Part shown: positions 26,218-36,887 of the stretch, piece after piece | Numbering within the stretch: position 1 is the stretch's first letter | How the letters are laid out: every line of letters starts with the position of its first letter | DNA from: Macrostomum lignano | Lineage: Eukaryota | Assembly: GCA_002269645.1 (NCBI GenBank) | Contig: NIVC01000886.1 | Location: 1-64,000 of the forward strand | DNA length: 64,000 nucleotides | Direction: 5' to 3' | Translations under genes and position numbers: made by a program | Notes under the pieces: model-generated | The model's database searches: none | Told to the model about the DNA's origin: nothing | Seen by the model: only the letters and a program-made list of their open reading frames with translations

Positions 26218-29200
26218 AGTGCCGCATTGGTGACGTGTGCTCGCGCTGCATCGCCCTGCTATTCGAGCGAGTCTGTCAGGGTCCAGTAGAGTACATGCCT
26301 GAAGATGAGACAGTCAAGCCGCTGTGCACCCTGCGTCAGCATTGGTATTGCTTTTGTCAGCCTAACTGAGAATAAAGCCATCCAAAGTGAGAATCCTGCC
26401 TACGCTGACTGCGAAGGGCCTGGCTGCGTGCAGCCTTAGTCTATGGGCCATAGACAATAAAGGACAAGCAAAGTGATAAAAAGCCATCCAAAGTGAGAAT
26501 CCTGCCTACGCTGACTGCGAAGGGCCTGGCTGCGTGCAGCCTTAGTCTATGGGCCATAGACAATAAAGGACAAGCAAAGTGATAAAAAGCCATCCAATGT
26601 GAGAATCGATTGGTCTATGCGTCGTATTCTTTTATTTTTATACCTTCTGAGCTTCTGAGCCATATGACTAGCCAATCCTAGCTTATCCTTTATAGTCTAT
26701 GGCTCATAGACTAGGCTGGACGCAGCCAGGCCCTTCGTATTCAGCGTAGGCAGGATTCTCACATTGGATGGCTTTTTATCACTTTGCTTGTCCTTTATTG
26801 TCTATGGCCCATAGACTAAGGCTGCACGCAGCCAGGCCCTTCGCAGTCAGCGTAGGCAGGATTCTCACTTTGGATGGCTTTATTCTCAGTTAGGCTGACA
26901 AAACCAATAATAGTCATTCAAAAATGTCCCTCAGTTACATATAAGTGTAGTAAAGAGAGACAAAGAGTAGAGAAAGCTTCAAAGCAAAGTCACTATTACT
27001 ACAGCTTCAAATAGCACTACTCAGCCGAAAAGCATGTCCTAGAAGTTTCCAATCCAAAATCAAGGACTACTCAAGAAGAGGGAAGAGAAACTACGTTTTA
27101 GGGCAGGTTTTACCAAAAATCACATTACCGAAAGATCCTTTACGGGAATAGGACCTGCCCCGAACTAGCCAATAAGTACGCCTAAAGTAATATCATAATA
27201 TCATAAAATATAAAAGTCAGCACTCTCGGCGTGTACATATAAAAAATAACTATAATGATAATAACAGACGAGGGATAACTTCCCAAAGTAGTTCATTGCG
27301 AAGGTATGGGAGGAAAGCGGAAACACTGCAGCTTCGAAATGCCAGCTGTTAAATGTTTATCTTTCAAACCGACACAGCATGCAGTTCTCGCTAGAGAAAA
27401 AATCACAAGATAGGCCAAGGAGCGCTGGACCTCTCCAGATTTGATTGATACGATTCGAGGGCGGCATGAAAGTTTCAAAAATCTCGTCCAGATTGACTGG
27501 AAGGCTGTGGGCAGCAGCTCTCCCTGTCAGTCAGACGTGACCCGCGCGGACAGAAATTGTGATGTAGTCTGTCGTTTTGAAGAGCCGTGCAGCATGCTAG
27601 AAAGTAAAAACTAATCCTTTGCGCTTGCACTTTCAACTCTGCGATTTAAGTAAAAAAAACACTTTGCAAACGAAACCTTTTTAAGTGGTAACTGAAAAAC
27701 ATTACTGCAGAAAAGGGCTTTTGTGTGATACTTGATCTCCTGAAAAGGGCAATTGACTGCTGCTGATTGGAGAAAAGGGAGATTCTTCGATGGGAGATTC
27801 TTTTATGGGCGATTCTTCGATAGGCGATTCTTCGATGGGCGATTCTTTTATGGGCCATTCTTTGATGGGCGATTCTTCGATGGGCGATTCTTCGATGGGA
27901 GATTCTTCGATTGGCGATTCTTCGATGGGCGATTCTTCGATGGGCGATTCTTCGATGGGTAATTCTTTGATGGGTGATTCTTCGATGGGCGATTTTTTTA
28001 TGGGCCATTCTTTGATGAGCGATTCTTCGATGGGCGATTCTTTTATGGGCCATTCTTTGATGGGCGATTCTTCGATGGGCGATTCTTCGATGGGCGATTC
28101 TTCGATGGGCGATTCTTCGATGGGCGATTCTTCGATGGGCGATTCTTCGATGGGCGATTCTTCGATGGGTAATTCTTTGATGGGTGATTCTTCGATGGGC
28201 GATTTTTTATGGGCCATTCTTTGATGAGCGATTCTTCGATGGGCGATTCTTTTATGGGTCATTCCTTGATGGGCGATTCTTTGATGGGCGATTCTTTTAT
28301 AGGCGATTCTTTAATGGGCGATTCTTCGATGGGAGATTCTTCGATGGGCGATTCTTCGATGGGCGATTCTTTGATGGGCGATTGTTCGTTGGGCGATTCT
28401 TCGATGGGCGATTCATTGATGGGCGATTCATTGATGGGCAATTCTTCGATGGGTGATTCTTCGATGGGCGATTCTTCGATGGGCGATTTTTTTATGGGCC
28501 ATTCTTTGATGGGCGATTCATTGATGGGCAATTCTTCGATGGGCGATTCTTCGATGGGCGATTCTTCGATGGGAGATTCTTCGATTGGCGATTCTTCGAT
28601 GGGCGATTCTTTGATGGGCAATTCTTCGATGGGTAATTCTTTGATGGGTGATTCTTCGATGGGCGATTTTTTTATGGGCCATTCTTTGATGAGCGATTCT
28701 TCGATGGGCGATTCTTTTATGGGTCATTCCTTGATGGGCGATTCTTCGATGGGCGATTCTTCGATGGGCGATTCTTCGATGGGCGATTCTTTGATGGGCG
28801 ATTGTTCGTTGGGCGATTCTTCGATGGGCGATTCATTGATGGGCAATTCTTCGATGGGCGATTCTTCGATGGGCGATTCTTCGATGGGCGATTTTTTATG
28901 GGCCATTCTTTGATGGGCGATTCATTGATGGGCAATTCTTCGATGGGCGATTCTTCGATGGGCGATTCTTCGATGGGCGATTCTTCGATGGGCGATTCTT
29001 CGATGGGCGATTCTTCGATGGGCGATTCTTCGATGGGCGATTCTTCGATGGGCGATTCTTCGATGGGCGATTCTTCGATGGGTAATTCATTGATGGGTGA
29101 TTCTTCGATGGGCGATTTTTTTATGGGCCATTCTTTGATGGGCGATTTTTTTATGGGCCATTCTTTGATGGGCGATGCTTCGATGGGCGATTCTTTTATG

Positions 29201-31319
29201 GGTCATTCCTTGATGGGCGATTCTTCGATGGGCGATTCTTTTATAGGCGATTCTTTGATGGGCGATTCTTCGATGGGCGATTCTTCGATGGGCGATTCTT
29301 TGATGGGCGATTCTTCGATGGGCGATTCTTTTACGGGCGATTCTTTTATGGGTCATTCTTTTATGGGCGATTCTTCGATGGGCGATTCTTGGACGGGCGA
29401 TTATTCGATGGGCGATTCTTTTATGGGTCATTCCTTGATGGGCGATTCTTCGATGGGCGATTCTTTTATAGGCGATTCTTTGATGGGCGATTCTTCGATG
29501 GGCGATTCTTCGATGGGCGATTCTTCGATGGGCGATTCATTGATGGGCGATTCTTCGATGGGCGATTCTTCGATGGGCGATTCTTCGATGGGTAATTCTT
29601 TGATGGGTGATTCTTCGATGGGCGATTTTTTTATGGGCCATTCTTTGATGGGCGATTTTCTTATGGGCCATTCTTTGATGGGCGATGCTTCGATGGGCGA
29701 TTCTTTTATGGGTCATTCCTTGATGGGCGATTCTTCGATGGGCGATTCTTTTATAGGCGATTCTTTGATGGGCGATTCTTCGATGGGCGATTCTTCGATG
29801 GGCGATTCTTTGATGGGCGATTCTTCGATGGGCGATTCTTTTACGGGCGATTCTTTTATGGGTCATTCTTTTATGGGCGATTCTTCGATGGGCGATTCTT
29901 GGACGGGCGATTATTCGATGGGCGATTCTTTTATGGGTCGTTCCTTGATGGGCGATTCTTCGATGGGCGATTCTTCGATGGGAGATTCTTCGATGGGCGA
30001 TTCTTCGATGGGCGATTCTTCGATGGGTAATTCTTTGATGGGTGATTCTTCGATGGGCGATTCTTCGATGGGCGATTCTTGGACGGGCGATTATTCGATG
30101 GGTGATTCTTTTATGGGTCATTCCTTGATGGGCGATTCTTCGATGGGCGATTCTTTTATAGGCGATTCTTTGATGGGCGATTCTTCGATGGGCGATTCTT
30201 CGATGGGCGATTCTTTGATGGGCGATTCTTCGATGGGCGATTCTTTTACGGGCGATTCTTTTATGGGTCATTCTTTTATGGGCGATTCTTCGATGAGTGA
30301 TTCTTTGATGGGCGATTCTTCGATGGCCGATTTTTTATGGGCGATACTTGTAACTACATCTCATTAGGCGGTACACAATATAAGCGTAAATCTAGCAACA
30401 CAGATTGACCCAATTAGAGAAAAAACTTAGCAGCCTGCCAGCATTTGAATCTGTGAGGAAACTCTATTTCACTCAGTGCCACCTGCGCTAAAATCCTCTT
30501 GTTTATGGCCGAGAAACACAAGTTCCTATCATCACACGGAAAGCTGTTTGATCATACTGATTTTTTATGGCTGGCAAGACTCAGAAGTTCTGCTCAATCC
30601 ATGGCAACACTGGAAAGTTGCATGGAGTTCGACATGCCAGATTTAGTGTTGAGTCCTTATTGCGTGCCGCGTGAGTAACGACATAAATGAGCCGGAACTC
30701 CTGTGTGCTCAAGGGGCAGAAGTATAGCTCAATGGTCAATTGACTGACTCTCGCGCCAGGAGTAACCGGGATCGATTCCAGGGCTTGCTAATCTCCTCTG
30801 CAACCTCTATGGGTTACTCGGTGGTGCGAGCAATAGCATGACGACTTGCCTCCTGGATTGTCCTCTGGATCTGCGGCAGTGTCCCAAAGCCCCTTTGAAG
30901 CTTACTAATCAACAGTCGAAAACGATATACTCGTGTTTTGTGTCAATCTACGGGTCTTTCAGTTTCACCATGCCGTTAATTTAGGATTGACCAAGCTCAG
31001 GATTAATAAATCTGCATATTTTATCAATTTCACTCTGCCAAGATAGAAGTTGTAATCGATCCCGGAGTAGGAAAACATAGCGCATTTCCGTTTCTCGGTT
31101 TCACATTTCTAATTCTATACGGAACTGTTGCGCCGTCGGTGACTCCTGCAGCTGGCAGCCCTCATCATCCGAGCCGAGTCCTACTGCCCGCAGCCGGTGC
31201 AGGAGGTGCCGCAGCTGACCCTGCAGGCACCCTACAGGCGGGGACAGCCGTGCACTCGGCGTTTCGTCGACTGTCGGCTGACGCCCAGTTTGCGCCGGGC
31301 TCGGAAACGCGCCCTCTGA
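26218..31319 (+). CDS. Tentative orphan multi-exon gene; start not located
   Basis: Phase-compatible exons 26218-26344, 27025-27106, 27414-27529, 30477-30670 (donor GTGAGT), 31159-31319. The last exon is strongly G/C-ending at third codon positions. Two donors (GTTTTA, GTCAGA) are weak. Confidence 0.45.
26346..26909. mobile_element. Foldback/MITE element: long inverted arms built from 106-bp units, TA-flanked
   Basis: Left arm 26346-26606 (GCCATCC at 26377, 26483, 26589) is the reverse complement of the right arm, about 26690-26909; TA at 26346-26347 and 26908-26909. Confidence 0.85.
27780..30345. repeat. 15-bp minisatellite (GGGCGATTCTTCGAT), about 170 units, with higher-order duplications
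   Basis: The variant GGGCGATGCTT recurs at about 29171 and 29681, 510 bp apart; explains all GDSSM/EESPI/HRRIA ORFs. Confidence 0.97.
30717..30790 (+). mobile_element. tRNA-derived SINE head or tRNA pseudogene
   Basis: A-box-like TAGCTCAATGG (30725) and B-box-like GGGATCGATTCC (about 30768) at tRNA spacing; the acceptor and anticodon stems pair poorly. Confidence 0.45.
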
Positions 31320-31584
31320 CGTTGTCTTTGCATCTCTTTGACTCGCTTGACAACGTATTTTGCTGTTGTTGTCGTTGTTGGGTGACTCTTCTGCAGATTT
31401 TTCCACGAATCGAACCCTTCTGGCAAAACTGACTATGCTCATGTGTCTGAGTGCCCATGACTCGGATAATCATGCAGAAGATGAGTGGGTTGTTCTTTAC
31501 CAATTAATGACCCGCTAGGGGCATGAGGGCCGAACACTTCAGATGTTTGGAAACTTCAAGCCATAACTAGGGGTGCCTCCTGGA

Positions 31585-31831
31585 CAGGGGCGTAGCCAGG
31601 AATTTTGATTGGGGGGGGGGCGTGAGTTAGGGGGCGCCAGCTTCATATAGGGGAGCGCCAGTTTCTTTTAGGGGGGGGGCGCCAGTTTCTTATAGGGGGG
31701 GGGGGCGCCAGTTTCTTTTAGGAGGGGCCGGGGGCACCAGTTTCTTTTAGGGGGGGGGGGGGCCAAGGCCAGAGTTGGTGATTGGGGGGGGGGCCACGGC
31801 CCCCTTGCCCCCCCCTCTGGCTACGCCCCTG
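31585..31831. mobile_element. hAT-type MITE
   Basis: 15-bp TIR CAGGGGCGTAGCCAG / CTGGCTACGCCCCTG; perfect 8-bp TSD CTCCTGGA at 31577-31584 and 31832-31839; internal GGCGCCAGTTTC subrepeats. Confidence 0.92.
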
Positions 31832-32132
31832 CTCCTGGATGTGGTGAAAGGGGAATGAACTCCCGTTGTTTCCTTGGTTGGAAACCCGGCGAAACTCTGC
31901 GGACTGAAGTACTGAACTACAATATAATTTTGCAATAAAGCCATAGCTACGAATCAGTTTATAGGATCGAATAAAACAGAACTAAAGTTTGCAGCTCCGA
32001 CTTGACTAATTCCGAATCTAGTGGTATATTAGTCGCCTATTAGTGGTATTTTCCTATTATATATTTTATAATAGTGGAACAGTTCAAAGTTCGCAAGAAT
32101 TTAAGTTTGCAATGTTTTATTTTGTAAATCCG

Positions 32133-32879
32133 TTAAACCAAGCCGAACTTGACCCAATCAGAGCTAGTCTCAATCGACTGTTCCACCTGAGCGTCTGTGA
32201 ACTGCAGCAAACGGCAGGTTCTGAGCTTGCTGTTGTACAGCACCTGCTTGCTGATGCCGGACCTCACAGCTGCAGCAGTGCACTGCAGTGGAATTGCCAC
32301 GTCATTCAAATCCTGGTAGCAGTAAATATTTTGAAGATTGTAGTTGGTCTGCTTGAACGGAGTCACCTTCCAGGTGGCACTGCCGACGAACTCAGTCGGG
32401 GCGTACAGCTCGCAAGCGAATCCTTGGAATAATGAGCAGCTCGAGTCGATCAGTAGAGCGTCGCTTGTGGCTGAAGTTATCAGGCAGTCCTGATTTCCGG
32501 AACTATTGGGCATTCCGGGGTACCAGAGCGAGTCATTTAGTGGCAAAAAGCCGCGTCCATGGACCCTGTGCCAGCCGTAGCGACTGGTCTGCCTCTCGTC
32601 CGGCAGGTCGGTGATGCCGAGCCACAGCTTGCAGAGGCAAACCACGCTTGGCATGTTTCTGACCAGCTTCAAGGAGTCATAAGAGTTTATGAGCTCACCT
32701 CCCAGAGCGGCGCAGTGCCTGTTGGCGTCGCACCAGGTGAAATTCTGCGACGTGTTCACGAAGATGCACCTGCCGGCCTCGAGCTGGAATGGAGGAGGGC
32801 AGGCGGTGGCACAGACTTGTAGCAGCAAGAGATGAAGCTGTACGTACAGAAGCAGCTGCATCAGTCGGTGAGTTCTCAT
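32133..32879 (-). CDS. Secreted intronless C-type lectin-domain protein with a C-terminal Cys-containing (PAN/apple-like) extension, 248 aa
   Basis: ATG 32879; signal-like MRTHRLMQLLLYVQLHLLLLQVCATA; CTLD pattern CPPPF-GRCIF-WCDANRHC-LGGEL-LWLGI-WYPGMPN-QDC-DSSC-FACE. Confidence 0.88.
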   Translation of the reverse strand: MRTHRLMQLLLYVQLHLLLLQVCATACPPPFQLEAGRCIFVNTSQNFTWCDANRHCAALGGELINSYDSLKLVRNMPSVVCLCKLWLGITDLPDERQTSRYGWHRVHGRGFLPLNDSLWYPGMPNSSGNQDCLITSATSDALLIDSSCSLFQGFACELYAPTEFVGSATWKVTPFKQTNYNLQNIYCYQDLNDVAIPLQCTAAAVRSGISKQVLYNSKLRTCRLLQFTDAQVEQSIETSSDWVKFGLV

Positions 32880-34082
32880 GCTTGTCTGCAACAATAGTGG
32901 TTTCCGGAGGCATATATTTATGCACCAGCTAGGGCAGTTTCTAAAACTGAAAGACTTTTTTGCAGCCAATTGTTTTTTCACAAAAGATTTGATTTGTTAG
33001 TGAAGCTTAAAAGCAATCTATTTTTGAGTAGTTCGAGTCTCTTTTGTCTCTTTTCAAGACTCCCAGATATTCAATCGCTATGACTTCAAAGCAGTTTCGA
33101 TTGCTGACTTTAAAGGCGGCGTTTTACTTTGATGTACTATAAAAACACCAGCACTCTTTACTTCTCATTGCCTGTTTGTAAATATGTACAGTACCCATGG
33201 CAGTCGAAACAATGAAGTATTGTTCAAATCTATATTTAGAGGTAAAAAAGGCAATGAACAGAGCAAAGCAAGCAGTTTTTTATTTATGAGGATTTTCTGC
33301 TTTCTGCTCTTTTTATGTCAACCAAGTCCTATTTTCACAATGAAAGAGAACAGATTCAATCATTTCCCGCTTGCAATTTTCCACTATTCTATAAATAAGC
33401 ATCACAAGAGTTAGTGATTGCTTTTCTGATGGTGTACGAGATAGCGCTTTCGTATGCGGTACGTAATCCAAACAGACGTCATTTAAGTCCATTTTCACCC
33501 AGGTTTCATAGAAAATTGTCCTAATTTCCGGGCTGGAAACTTTAATATGTCACTAACTGTTAGATTCAGAGAGTTTTTTTTAAATAAAAATGCGTGCAAC
33601 ATGTGTGTGAATACCGTTATTTTTAAACAGAGAGTGGATTTAAACAAAATCTAGTGCTTGGTAAATAACTTCATAAATTTCATTGAAATGACCCTAATAT
33701 CTGTCAATTAGTTTATGTTTTTGCATTACAGATACTCTTTCTGGTGCACAGTATTCATTTAGTTCCAAAAATAGAAACAAGAGTTCAAATTGCACTCACT
33801 GGGTAATATAGCAGATTTCGCCAACCAATCATAAGCGAGAACCAGAGGTTAAAGTGGGGGTGGGGTCGGTGGGTTAGGGGTGGGGTTGGTGGTGACTGAC
33901 TCATTTTAGATGCGCCTTATCTTCTTACCCTGTGCCCCTTTTTCTAACTCAAAATGTACGATATAGGCACGTGACTGGACAAGAGTGTACAAAACTCACG
34001 CCTTAGCAGCCTTCAAGTCAAAGCCTCCGTGGAATTAGAGGGCACAATAGAAAGAGCGAGAGAAACAAATGAAAAAATACGA

Positions 34083-34090
34083 GTATATAA
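34083..34090 (+). promoter_or_regulatory. Candidate TATA box for EF-hand gene 1
   Basis: TATATAAG about 125 bp upstream of ATG 34212; motif match only. Confidence 0.35.
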
Positions 34091-34211
34091 GTTAGTTTAA
34101 TTTGCCTGCAACCAGTCAGACATCACAAGCGCCAATTGAAACACGTTACAAGTGTTGTTACTTCTGCAAGTCCCTATTTTCATCCGCCAAGACAAACAAA
34201 CAGAGCTCATC

Positions 34212-34433
34212 ATGTCCGATAACAAGTACCGCGAAGCCTTCCAGCAGTTCGACGAGGATGGCAACGGCGCCATCAGCTCCGACGAGCTGCGGACAGCTCT
34301 GCGCAGCGCCTTCGGCGAGATGGACGACTCCGAGATGGAGAATCTGCTGGCGATGAAAGGCGACAAGGAGTGCCTGGATATGGACGAGTTCGTGGCCTTC
34401 ATGCAATCTGTCGAGGCATCCCGCAGCGAGTAG
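34212..34433 (+). CDS. EF-hand gene 1: intronless 73-aa two-EF-hand (8-kDa type) calcium-binding protein
   Basis: Canonical loop DEDGNGAISSDE; second loop degenerate (KGDKECLDMDE). Confidence 0.9.
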   Translation: MSDNKYREAFQQFDEDGNGAISSDELRTALRSAFGEMDDSEMENLLAMKGDKECLDMDEFVAFMQSVEASRSE

Positions 34434-35064
34434 AGACCTCTGGCCCTGGAGAGCCGCTAGTCTTCTGTTGAACAACTTTTGTCTTGCCGTCAGATCCTTC
34501 AAATCAGTGTTTTTATACCCCTAAATATTAATTTCTTGCGCTTGAACTGTTAAATCGTAGTAGCTGAAATAAAAGTTGGCATTTCGAATTAGTCGACTCA
34601 AATCTCTTTTTAAACTGCGTCGGTTGTATTTGGGACTTTATTATTTTCAGTTCCATGAAAAATGTATCTCTCACAAATTGATTCAAAATGAAGCAATTAA
34701 GTCGTCGAAATTTGCAAAACTACGCTAAACAAGCTTTATAAAAGTTAAATATTATTCCATCGTAATTTTCAAAGATGTAGCTGACGTAAGGTATTGTATG
34801 TTTGTACGAGCTAAATTTAAATATAGAAACGTTTTGTATTTCTGCAACAGCTAACAAAACTGGGATCACGCGACAGAAACTATGTATCGAAAGTATCAGT
34901 ATCTATATCATTATCTGTTTCAGTATCAGGTGTAGGAACCGCAACAGTTCAGCCATTCTGCTGGGCAATTGATACTTGCGATGCTGGGGTTCATGTCTGG
35001 AGCGACTTTAACGGCAAGCTCAATGTAGACATTCTGAAAGTGTCTGCAGTCGAAATGTTTCGAA

Positions 35065-36270
35065 AAGGCGCCAAGGCTATACTATAAGGGGCGCCAAGGC
35101 TATACTATAAGGGGCGCCAAGGCTATACTATAAGAGGCGCCAAGGCTATACTATAAGGGGCGCCAAGGCTATACTATAAGGGGCGCCAAGGCTATACTAT
35201 AAGAGGCGCCAAGGCTATACTATAAGGGGCGCCAAGGCTATACTATAAGGGGCGCCAAGGCTATACTATAAGGGGCGCCAAGGCTATACTATAAGAGGCG
35301 CCAAGGCTATACTATAAGGGGCGCCAAGGCTATACTATAAGGGGCGCCAAGGCTATACTATAAGGGGCGCCAAGGCTATACTATAAGGGGCGCCAAGGCT
35401 ATACTATAAGGGGCGCCAAGGCTATACTATAAGAGGCGCCAAGGCTATACTATAAGGGGCGCCAAGGCTATACTATAAGGGGCGCCAAGGCTACACTATA
35501 AGGGGCGCCAAGGCTACACTATAAGAGGCGCCAAGGCTACACTATAAGGGGCGCCAAGGCTATACTATAAGGGGCGCCAAGGCTATACTATAAGGGGCGC
35601 CGCCAAGGCTGTACTATAAGGGGCGCCAAGGCTATACTATAAGGGGCGCCAAGGCTATACTATAAGGGGCGCCAAGGCTATACTATAAGGGGCGCCAAGG
35701 CTATACTATAAGGGGCGCCAAGGCTATACTATAAGGGGCGCCAAGGCTACACTATAAGGGGCGCCAAGACTATACTATAAGGGGTGCCAAGATACTATAA
35801 GGGGCGCGAAGATACTATAAGGGGCGCCAAGGCTACACTATAAGGGGCGCCAAGGCTATACTATAAGGGGCGCCAAGGCTGTACTATAAGAGGCGCCAAG
35901 ACACTATAAGGGGCGCCAAGGCTGTACTATAAGAGGCGCCAAGACACTATAAGGGGCGCCAAGGCTGTACTATAAGAGGCGCCAAGACACTATAAGGGGC
36001 GCCAAGGCTACACTATAAGAGGCGCCAAGACACTATAAGGGGAGCCAAGGCTATACTATAAGCGGCACCAGGGCTATACTATAGGCGGCGCCAAGGCTAT
36101 ACTATAAGCGGCACCAGGGCTATACTATAGGTGGCGCCAAGGCTATACTATAAGGGGCGCCAGGCTATACTATAAGGGGCGCCAGGCTATACTATAAGGG
36201 GCGCCAGGCTATACTATAAGGGGCGCCAAGGCTATACTATAAGGGGCGCCAGGCTATACTATAAGGGGTG
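35065..36270. repeat. 23-bp minisatellite (GGGGCGCCAAGGCTATACTATAA), about 52 units
   Basis: Period from 35101 and 35124. Confidence 0.97.
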
Positions 36271-36887
36271 CCATATTTTTTAAAACCAAGGACAGAGCGC
36301 CCCAGGCTGCGCCCTACGAGTCATCCTGATCGCCAACCAATTGATGGAAGTCCTTTGGCAGCCGAGTCACAAATGACATAGCATCATATAATGCATGAAG
36401 CTTGAACAATACAAACACCTGAATGATAAATAAAGTAAAATTATAATAAGTGTTACAATAACTTTTGTTGACAAAGTTCAGCTAGCAGGTTAATACACTG
36501 AAACGTGATGAGCGGAGATAAAAATTCCCCCGCGTCTGTAATTTTTTTAGCCCCACCCCTAAGTCTCAGCCATACACTGGAATAGTCAAGTCTCACTTGT
36601 GCTTTGACTTTGGTTGCATTTTGTAAAGTCAACTTCTATATAAGGCTGTCTGTGACGGCACCCAAAACTTCTGGCCACCCAATTAGAAAACTTCGTCGGA
36701 GTGGCTTAAGGGGGGGGGGTGAAAATCAAATCCATCTGACCGTCTCTGTGAGTAGTAGCCATTGATATTTTTGCTCTATAAATAGTGGCACCCCTACTCA
36801 AGACTGCAAGCCACTCAAGTGCCAACAAGCCATTCTGATCAACTTTTCAACTGTCTCGTAGTCAACCAAGTGTCTCGTCACTGCATC

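Noticed and set aside
28802-30367. 521-aa GDSSM-repeat ORF
   Set aside because: A 15-bp unit without stops gives long ORFs in several frames, and substitutions show no codon-position bias by eye.
31101-31442. 113-aa minus-strand ORF with an RVRF (PP1-docking-like) motif
   Set aside because: It is the exact antisense register of the plus-strand exon 31159-31319, whose third positions are strongly G/C; probably a shadow ORF. Stranded RNA-seq could reverse this call.
33313-33498. 61-aa minus-strand ORF
   Set aside because: Short, AT-rich, no motif or splice support.
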